Positions 57,347 through 64,000 of a stretch of DNA of 64,000 bases are shown here, in pieces; positions within the stretch are counted from its first letter, which is position 1; each line of letters starts with the position of its first letter. The position numbers and the translations under genes were made by a program. The notes under the pieces are model-generated. The model was not told the origin of the DNA. It worked only from the letters and a program-made list of their open reading frames with translations, and ran no database searches. The DNA lies in contig SFFV01000010.1 in the NCBI GenBank assembly GCA_004557735.1, positions 2,403 through 66,402 of the forward strand, in the 5' to 3' direction. This stretch comes from Clostridiales bacterium. GTDB lineage: Bacteria; Bacillota; Clostridia; Oscillospirales; Oscillospiraceae.

Positions 57347-57375
57347 ACCTCCCCGTGTTCCGGGGAGGTTTTTTT
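57347..57375 (+). terminator. rho-independent terminator
   Basis: 9-bp stem ACCTCCCCG / CGGGGAGGT followed by TTTTTTT. Confidence 0.75.
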
Positions 57376-57413
57376 CTTGCAAACGACACGACAAAGGTGT
57401 ATTCTTTATACTT

Positions 57414-60400
57414 ATGGACGCCATAATCAAAGCCATAGGAAAAACACCCTCCCTTGCTACCCTCCCCCTGAGGGTCGAGGAGGGCTATTTGCCTGCCCTT
57501 TTGACCCAATCGGGCGGCGCGATGCGCGCTCTCGGCGCGGCAATGCTCCGCCGCGAGACCGGCCGGCCGATCTTCGTGCTGTGTACCGACGAGTCGAACG
57601 CCGGGACGCTTGCCGCCGATCTTGAAGCGCTGCTCGGCGAGAGCGTTGTGCAGCTCGCCGGGCGCGATCTCGCGCTGCGCGATATCGAGGTCGTTTCCCG
57701 GCAGGAGGAGCAGCGGCGGCTGCGCGCGCTCGACGCGCTCCGCGCCGGCGCGGCGGCCGCGGTGTGCACCGTGTCCGGCCTTTTGCAGCGCACGCTGCCG
57801 CCGGAGGTTCTGGAAAACGCCGCCTTTACGCTCACCGTAGGCGAGGGCGACGGCCCCGAAGCGCTCGAGCCGCGCCTGCTCGCGTGCGGCTACCGCCGCA
57901 GCGACATGGTGGAGGGACCCGGCCAGTATTCCCGCCGCGGCGGCATTCTCGACATTTTCTCCCCCGGCGCGGAGCGCCCCGTGCGCGCCGAGTTCTGGGG
58001 CGACGAGATCGACTCCATGGGCTTTTTCGATACCGATACGCAGCGCCGCGCCGAAAGCATCGAAGCGTTCCGCGTGCTGCCCGCGTGCGAATCGCTCGTC
58101 GATCCAAGCCGCGCGGAGAGCGTTGCCGGGGCGCTTGCGCGCCGCGCCGCGCGCGCCGAACGGCGCGGCCAGACGGAGCTTTCCCGCCGTCTCCGCCGCG
58201 ACGCGGAGCTTGTTTCGTCCGGCGCGCCCCTGCCGTGGAGCGACCGGTATCTCCCGGAAATATACAGCGAGTATTCAACGGCGCTCGACTATATCGCGCC
58301 GGACGCCATAGTCTATATCGACGCGCCGAACCGCTGCGCCGAGAAAGCGAAGGACGCCGCAGACGCTCTCGCGGACGATCTGAAAATCCTGCGCGAGGGG
58401 GCGTTCCCCGTGGCGGACACGGCGGAGTATCTTCTCCCGTGGAAGGCCGCCTGCGAAAAGATCGCGGATTTTGCGGTTGTGATGGCGGACGCCTTCAGCG
58501 CGGGACGCTATCCTCTCTCTCCGCGGTCGGCGCTCGATACGAACGTCCGCCAGCTCCCCAGCTACGGCGGCAGCGCGGAAACGGCGCTTGCCGACGTGCA
58601 GCGGTATCTGGAAAACGGATTCCGCGTCGTGGTGCTCGCCTCGGACGGGAGAAGGGCGGACGTGCTCGCCGCGATGCTCGAGCGAAACGGCATACCGCCG
58701 CTGCGCGGCTTCCCGAACGGCGCTCTGCCGCCGGAGGGGCGCGCCGCCGTCGCGGTGGGGGCGCTCTCCGCGGGACTCGAGGCGCCGGAGGCGCACCTTG
58801 CCGTGCTGACCGATACGCAGATCGCCGCGGGCGCGCTGCGAAGCCGCAAGCGCCGCCGCGCCATGGCGGACCGCGAGAAGCTCGGCTCCTGCGCCGATCT
58901 CTCGGTCGGCGATCTCGTGGTGCACGAGCACCACGGCATCGGCCGCTTCGCCGGCATTTTCAAGCTGCCGGTGGACGGCGTGGAGAAGGACTACATTAAA
59001 ATATGCTACGCCGGGTCGGACAGCCTGTACGTTCCGGCGACGCAGCTCGACCTTGTGTCGAAATACATCGGCGGCGGCGAGGACCGCCCCGTGAAGCTCT
59101 CGCGCATGGGCGGCGCGGAGTGGAAAAGGGCGACGTCCCGCGCCAAGGCCGCGGCGAAGGAGCTCGCCGCCGAGCTTACAAAGCTCTATGCCGCGCGCGC
59201 CCGCACGCCGGGCTACGCCTTTGCGCCGGACAGCCCGTGGCAGACGGAGTTTGAAGAGTCGTTCGGCTACGCCGAAACGGACGATCAGCTCCGGTGCATT
59301 CGGGAGATCAAGGACGACATGGAAAAGCCGGTGCCGATGGACCGCCTGCTCTGCGGCGACGTCGGCTACGGCAAAACGGAGGTCGCGCTGCGCGCGGCCA
59401 TGAAGTGCATTCTCGACGGCAAACAATGCGCGATCCTCGTGCCCACCACGGTGCTCGCCCGCCAGCATTACCAGACCGCAATGCGCCGCTTTTTCGGCTA
59501 CCCGGTCGAGATCGCGCTCCTTTCCCGGTACTGTACGCCCGGCCAGAAAAAGGACATTCTCAAAAAGACGCTCGCGGGCAGCGTCGATCTTCTTATCGGC
59601 ACGCACAGCCTGCTGCAGAAGAGCGTTGTCTTCAAGGATCTCGGCCTTCTCATCGTGGACGAGGAGCAGCGCTTCGGCGTGTCGCACAAGGAAAAGCTCA
59701 AGGAAATGTCGAAGGGCGTCGATGTGCTGACGCTCTCGGCCACGCCGATCCCGCGCACACTCAACATGGCGCTCTCCGGCCTGCGCAGCATGTCCACCAT
59801 CGAGGAGCCGCCGCGCGACCGTCAGCCCGTACAGACGTTCGTGATGGAGCAGGACGAGAAGGCCGTGTGCGACGCCATCCGGCGCGAGCTTATCCGCGGC
59901 GGGCAGGTGTACTATCTCCATAACCGGGTGGAGAACATCGAGCACGCGGCGCTGCGGCTGCAAAAGCAGCTCGGCGGCGGCGTCACCGTCGGCGTGGCGC
60001 ACGGCAAAATGGACGAGGAACAGCTCTCCCGCGTCATGGACGATATGGTCGAGGGCAGGATCCAGGTGCTTGTCTGCACGACGATCATCGAGACCGGCAT
60101 CGATATCCCGAACGTCAACACCCTCATCGTGGAGGACGCCGACAGGCTCGGCCTTGCCCAGCTCCACCAGCTGCGCGGGCGCGTCGGACGCAGCGCGCGG
60201 CGCGCGAGCGCGTATCTCCTCTACCGGCCCGGGAAGGCGCTCACGGAGATCGCCGAAAAGCGCCTCACCGCCATCCGCGAGTTTGCCGAGTTCAACGCCG
60301 GGTTCCAGATCGCGATGCGCGATCTGGAGATCCGCGGCGCGGGCAACCTTCTCGGCGCGGAGCAGTCGGGACACATGATGGACGTCGGCTACGATATGTA

Positions 60401-60932
60401 CCTGAAGCTGCTCGAAGAGGCCGTGCTCGAGGAAAAGGGCGAAAAGCCGCCCGTGCGCACCGAGTGCGCGGCCGACCTCTCCGTTACGGCGAACATTCCG
60501 GAAAAGTATGTCCCGAGCGCCGAGCAGCGCATGGACCTTTACCGCCGCATCGCCCTCATCCGCACCGAGGCGGACGCCGACGATCTCACCGACGAGCTGA
60601 TCGACCGCTTCGGCGATCCGCCGGCGGCGGTGAACGCGCTCATCCACGTGGCGCTGCTGCGCGGCGAGGCGGGGCGCGCCGGCATTTCGGACATCTCCCA
60701 AAAGGGGAATATGCTCTATTTCAAGGTAGAGAATTTCGACATGGAAACGCTTTCCGCGCTCTATGCGCAGAAGGAATTTAAAGGCCGCGTCAAGCTCGAA
60801 GCCGGACGCGAGCCGCGGCTGGGCCTGAAGCTCAGACCCGGCGCAAAACCCATAGCGGAAGCCCGCGCGCTCATCGCCGCGTGGCACAAACTGCAAAAAC
60901 CGGCGGCGGACCCCGCCGCGGAAAAGGAGTAA
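57414..60932 (+). CDS. mfd: transcription-repair coupling factor
   Basis: 1172 aa with UvrB-homology N-terminus, RNAP-interacting domain (DLVVHEHHGIG), SF2 helicase motifs (GDVGYGKTEVA, DEEQRFGV, LSATPIPRT, QLHQLRGRVGR) and a TRG motif region. Confidence 0.95.
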   Translation: MDAIIKAIGKTPSLATLPLRVEEGYLPALLTQSGGAMRALGAAMLRRETGRPIFVLCTDESNAGTLAADLEALLGESVVQLAGRDLALRDIEVVSRQEEQRRLRALDALRAGAAAAVCTVSGLLQRTLPPEVLENAAFTLTVGEGDGPEALEPRLLACGYRRSDMVEGPGQYSRRGGILDIFSPGAERPVRAEFWGDEIDSMGFFDTDTQRRAESIEAFRVLPACESLVDPSRAESVAGALARRAARAERRGQTELSRRLRRDAELVSSGAPLPWSDRYLPEIYSEYSTALDYIAPDAIVYIDAPNRCAEKAKDAADALADDLKILREGAFPVADTAEYLLPWKAACEKIADFAVVMADAFSAGRYPLSPRSALDTNVRQLPSYGGSAETALADVQRYLENGFRVVVLASDGRRADVLAAMLERNGIPPLRGFPNGALPPEGRAAVAVGALSAGLEAPEAHLAVLTDTQIAAGALRSRKRRRAMADREKLGSCADLSVGDLVVHEHHGIGRFAGIFKLPVDGVEKDYIKICYAGSDSLYVPATQLDLVSKYIGGGEDRPVKLSRMGGAEWKRATSRAKAAAKELAAELTKLYAARARTPGYAFAPDSPWQTEFEESFGYAETDDQLRCIREIKDDMEKPVPMDRLLCGDVGYGKTEVALRAAMKCILDGKQCAILVPTTVLARQHYQTAMRRFFGYPVEIALLSRYCTPGQKKDILKKTLAGSVDLLIGTHSLLQKSVVFKDLGLLIVDEEQRFGVSHKEKLKEMSKGVDVLTLSATPIPRTLNMALSGLRSMSTIEEPPRDRQPVQTFVMEQDEKAVCDAIRRELIRGGQVYYLHNRVENIEHAALRLQKQLGGGVTVGVAHGKMDEEQLSRVMDDMVEGRIQVLVCTTIIETGIDIPNVNTLIVEDADRLGLAQLHQLRGRVGRSARRASAYLLYRPGKALTEIAEKRLTAIREFAEFNAGFQIAMRDLEIRGAGNLLGAEQSGHMMDVGYDMYLKLLEEAVLEEKGEKPPVRTECAADLSVTANIPEKYVPSAEQRMDLYRRIALIRTEADADDLTDELIDRFGDPPAAVNALIHVALLRGEAGRAGISDISQKGNMLYFKVENFDMETLSALYAQKEFKGRVKLEAGREPRLGLKLRPGAKPIAEARALIAAWHKLQKPAADPAAEKE

Positions 60933-60937
60933 ACTCT

Positions 60938-62422
60938 ATGAACGCAAAGAAACTGCTTGCCCTGTTTATGAGCCTTGTGCTGCTGCTCGGCGCGCTGTCC
61001 GTTCCGGCGCTCGCCGCCGACGGCGGCGAGACCGCCGCGCCCGAAGCGACCGGCGCGCCCGCCGAGGATGCGCAGGCCGCGATACAGGAAAAGTATGCGC
61101 AGATCGAAGCCCGGCTCGACGCGGCCGGCAAAAAGTACGACGGCTCGGCCGTCGTCGCGACCGTAAACGGGCGGGAGGTCACCTGGACGCTCTGCTACTA
61201 CCTCATCGCCGGCCTGACGAGCCAGTTTATCAACTACACCATGGCGATCCCCGACTTTACGACCGACGTGGGCGACGGCACGACGCTGCAGGACGCGCTG
61301 CGCGAGACGCTCGAAGCGCGGATGAAGTACTACACCGTTCCGCTCACCGAGGCGGAAGCGCGGGGTCTGACCGAAACGGTGGACGCCGAGGTCGAAAAGC
61401 AGTGGCAGAACGTTGCGGAGCAGTACGGCGGCGTGGACGCGCTGATGGAGGCCATTGAGAGCGCGTATCTCGACGAGCCGACCTACCGCGCGCTCCTTTC
61501 GAGCAACGCCGCGTTCAACGCCATCATGGAAAACTCCTACGGCCTGAACGGCGAGAAGCTCTCCGACGAGGACGTGCTCGCCTGGGCGAACGACAACAAT
61601 TACCTCCGCTGCAAGCACATCCTCTTCCTCACGGAAAACGCCGACGGCACCAACATGACGGACGAGGAGAAGGCGGAGATCCGCAAGGAGGCCGAGGCGG
61701 CGCTCAAAGAGCTGCGCGCGCTCGAATCCGACCGCGAGGCGCTGCTCACCCGCTTTGACGAGCTGATGGCGGACGCCGACGACCCCGGCATGACGACCTT
61801 CCCGGACGGCTACACGTTCACATCGGGTCAGATGGTACAGGAGTTTGAGGACGGCACCCGCGCGCTCGGGGACTACGGGCTCTCCGATATTGTGGAGTCG
61901 AGCTACGGCTGCCACATCATCCTCCGTCTGCCGCTCGATCCCGAGGGAAAGACCCTCTCGCAGGATTCCGGCACGGGCGATTATATGACGCTGCGCGCCG
62001 ACGCCGCCAACGAGCTTTTCAACGCCATGCTCCTCGACTGGATCGACACCGCCGAGGTCGAGTGGCAGGGCGAGTTCGGCACGATGGATTATAACGAGCT
62101 GTTCGCCGCTTCCGAAACCGATGCGGCGCCGGGGGACGGCTTCAACGAGAACGTGCAGAAGGACGCGGCGTTTTATCGCACGCTCGGAAGAATTCTGCCG
62201 TATCTGCTCATCGCGGTCGTGATCGCCATCATCGTCACGGTGCTGACGAGAAAGAAAGACGCGAAGAAGCCGGAAGCTCCGGCGGAGGAAACGGGCGCGG
62301 AGCCCGCCGCCGGGGAAGCGCCCGCCGAAGCGGAGAAGAGCGAGCCGGAGACGGCGGAGCCCGCCGCCGAAGAAGCGCCCGCCGAAGCGGAAACGGAAAC
62401 GAAAAAGGAAGAGGACGAATGA
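60938..62422 (+). CDS. parvulin-type peptidyl-prolyl isomerase (PrsA/SurA-like) with C-terminal TM anchor and acidic tail
   Basis: ORF 60881..62422 trimmed to ATG 60938 (AAAAGGAG upstream). Signal peptide MNAKKLLALFMSLVLLLGALSVPALA, PPIC-type core ...CKHILF...F..LM....D........GY.F..G.MV.EFE......GD...IVESSYGCHIILRL, TM ILPYLLIAVVIAIIVTVLT, then an E/A/P-rich tail. Confidence 0.7.
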   Translation: MNAKKLLALFMSLVLLLGALSVPALAADGGETAAPEATGAPAEDAQAAIQEKYAQIEARLDAAGKKYDGSAVVATVNGREVTWTLCYYLIAGLTSQFINYTMAIPDFTTDVGDGTTLQDALRETLEARMKYYTVPLTEAEARGLTETVDAEVEKQWQNVAEQYGGVDALMEAIESAYLDEPTYRALLSSNAAFNAIMENSYGLNGEKLSDEDVLAWANDNNYLRCKHILFLTENADGTNMTDEEKAEIRKEAEAALKELRALESDREALLTRFDELMADADDPGMTTFPDGYTFTSGQMVQEFEDGTRALGDYGLSDIVESSYGCHIILRLPLDPEGKTLSQDSGTGDYMTLRADAANELFNAMLLDWIDTAEVEWQGEFGTMDYNELFAASETDAAPGDGFNENVQKDAAFYRTLGRILPYLLIAVVIAIIVTVLTRKKDAKKPEAPAEETGAEPAAGEAPAEAEKSEPETAEPAAEEAPAEAETETKKEEDE

Positions 62423-62427
62423 TCCGC

Positions 62428-62458
62428 TGCCGCCTCCCCTTACGCAGGGGAGGCGGCA
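62428..62458. terminator. bidirectional hairpin between the PPIase gene and the convergent germination permease gene
   Basis: 12-bp stem TGCCGCCTCCCC / GGGGAGGCGGCA. Confidence 0.6.
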
Positions 62459-62462
62459 ATTA

Positions 62463-63554
62463 TTATATCTTTTTCCGCACCAGCCCGACAAAAAGCGCCA
62501 GCACGAGCACGCCCGCGGCGGAAGCGCTCGCGATGGGTATGAGCGTGCGCGACAGCTCCCGCAGGGAAAACGCCGTCGGCGCGCACAGCGCCCCGGACAC
62601 GAGCGCGAGCGCGAGAGAGGAGAGCGCGACGGCGCCGCGCCGCGCCCCGAGCTTCGGGAAGCACAGCGTGAGATTGCCCGCCGCCGACTGCAAAAGCGCG
62701 CCGAGCAGAAGAAAATCGGTCGTGACCCACTGCGCCACGATGAGCGCCTCCACGCGCTCGAGCAGGCGGAAAATACGGATGCACCGGATCATAACAAAAA
62801 ACGGATAGTGCATCTCGGCGGCGAGCTTTGCGCCGAACGTAGCGACGACCGTGACGCACAGCAGCGCCGTCAGCGCGCCGAGGGGGAGAAACGCGCGGTT
62901 GAAGGGCGCGGCGAGCGGCCCCGGCTCCGTCCGGTCAGAGAGAAACGCGAGCAGAAGCAGCACGCTCATCGTGCTCAAAAGCCACAGCGCGCCGCGCGCG
63001 GCGTCCGCGGCGGACACCCGCGATACGGGCGCGAGATTTGCCGCGTCCAGCCCCGGCAGAGAGAAGAGAAAGACGAACAGAAACACGAGCGTGAGCAGCG
63101 GCAGCGCGATCTCCGCGCATCGCCCGAGCGTTTTGAGCCGTCCGAGACACGCCGGAACGCACAGCGCGGCCATCACCGCCATGAAAAGCCACGGCCGGCT
63201 CCCCGGATACACCGCCGTTACGAACCGGTCCGCTCCGGCGCGCAGCACGAACCCGGCGTAAAACACCGTCCACGCCGTAAAGAGCAGCACCGCCGCCGTG
63301 CCGCCGGCGCGCCCGAACACGCGCAGCAGCACGCCGCCAAGCCCCTCGCCGGGGACGCGCTTTCGCAGCAGCCGCCCGAGCAGGAGCCCCGCGAGCGGCA
63401 GCGGCACGAGCGCGAGCAGCGCCGAGAGCCAGATCGCGCTCCCGGCGCTTTGCACCGCCATGCCCGGCGTTTGCCGGATGAGCGGCGAGAGCGCCGAAAC
63501 AAAAAGCAGTATCGAAAGCTGGCGGCGGGATATTCCGTCGGTGCGCTCATCCAT
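62463..63554 (-). CDS. spore germination protein, GerAB/GerKB-type permease
   Basis: 363 aa, ~10 TM, with N-terminus ...ISRRQLSILLFVSALSPLIR typical of Ger(x)B proteins. Overlaps the upstream Ger(x)C gene by 8 nt. Confidence 0.7.
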   Translation of the reverse strand: MDERTDGISRRQLSILLFVSALSPLIRQTPGMAVQSAGSAIWLSALLALVPLPLAGLLLGRLLRKRVPGEGLGGVLLRVFGRAGGTAAVLLFTAWTVFYAGFVLRAGADRFVTAVYPGSRPWLFMAVMAALCVPACLGRLKTLGRCAEIALPLLTLVFLFVFLFSLPGLDAANLAPVSRVSAADAARGALWLLSTMSVLLLLAFLSDRTEPGPLAAPFNRAFLPLGALTALLCVTVVATFGAKLAAEMHYPFFVMIRCIRIFRLLERVEALIVAQWVTTDFLLLGALLQSAAGNLTLCFPKLGARRGAVALSSLALALVSGALCAPTAFSLRELSRTLIPIASASAAGVLVLALFVGLVRKKI

Positions 63555-64000
63555 GCGGTTTCTCCTTCCCGTGGGCGCTGCCGTAAATATCGTAGGATCG
63601 TTCGAGCGTGCTCTCCGTCTGCACGTCCGCGCGCAGCGCGGCGAGAACGCCCTCGTTCTTCACCTCCGGCAGTATGCGCCAAAGCTCCAGAAAATCGGCG
63701 TCCAGCGTCCGGGACGCCTCCGCCGCGGCTTCGACCTGCGCGGTGACGGCGCGGGAAAGCTCATCCTCCAGCAGCGCGAGCATTTCCCTGTCTGCGGTGT
63801 CCGCGCCGGAGGATTCCGTCACCCCGGCGCGGACGCGCACCGTGATCCGGACCGCCGCGCCGCCGCCGTCCCGGACGGGGGAGAGGGAGGCCTTCGCCGT
63901 GTGAAGCTGGACGGTCACCGTGCCGCCGTTCCCGTCGGAGAGGACGTAGCTTGCCTGCGGCGTGAAGCCGAGCAGAAGATCCGCGCCGAGCGCGGCGTCG
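63547..64000 (-). CDS. Ger(x)C-family spore germination lipoprotein, C-terminal part (5' end outside the window)
   Basis: The frame stays open from 63547 to the window edge, and the track shows only the inner Met. The C-terminal ...LDADFLELWRILPEV... resembles the Ger(x)C C-terminal domain, and the gene sits directly upstream of a Ger(x)B gene. Confidence 0.6.
   Translation of the reverse strand, partial: DAALGADLLLGFTPQASYVLSDGNGGTVTVQLHTAKASLSPVRDGGGAAVRITVRVRAGVTESSGADTADREMLALLEDELSRAVTAQVEAAAEASRTLDADFLELWRILPEVKNEGVLAALRADVQTESTLERSYDIYGSAHGKEKPHG

Overview
High-GC (by eye about 60-65% G+C) chromosomal segment of a spore-forming Clostridia-type Firmicute, spanning the replication origin. 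The minus strand carries dnaA-dnaN-recF-remB-gyrB-gyrA, with six DnaA boxes in the dnaA-dnaN spacer and a roughly 60-nt, ~90% A+T block upstream of dnaA. The rest is mostly housekeeping and transport. It includes rplM-rpsI, rpsT, serS, asnS, glyA, galE, mfd, soj-spo0J with two perfect parS sites, and gpr plus GerB/GerC germination genes. Transport genes are a feoA-feoA-feoB iron operon with a divergent DtxR-family regulator, a TAXI-TRAP transporter, an orphan RND pump, a MATE pump, an ABC exporter, an orphan sugar-ABC ATPase and pstCAB. There are two OmpR-type two-component systems, one of them PhoPR-like. I found no tRNA, rRNA, CRISPR array, intact mobile element or recognisable defence system. 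Accessory-looking DNA is limited to three places. These are a gene-fragment scrapyard downstream of rpsI with a truncated ICE-type ParB-like gene, a low-GC patch upstream of dnaA followed by a GT2 / membrane LRR protein / GT-C trio, and a low-GC GNAT islet. The most system-like unexplained items are that GT2-LRR-GT-C trio and the RND pump with a ~285-aa coiled-coil insertion. I also report several regulatory architectures read directly from the sequence: a repeated palindromic operator on the feo locus, identically spaced Pho-box-like repeats at phoPR and pstCAB, and a promoter embedded in a terminator. All protein family calls come from motif recognition by eye, with no database search. The many very long antisense ORFs in the track are mirror-frame artefacts.
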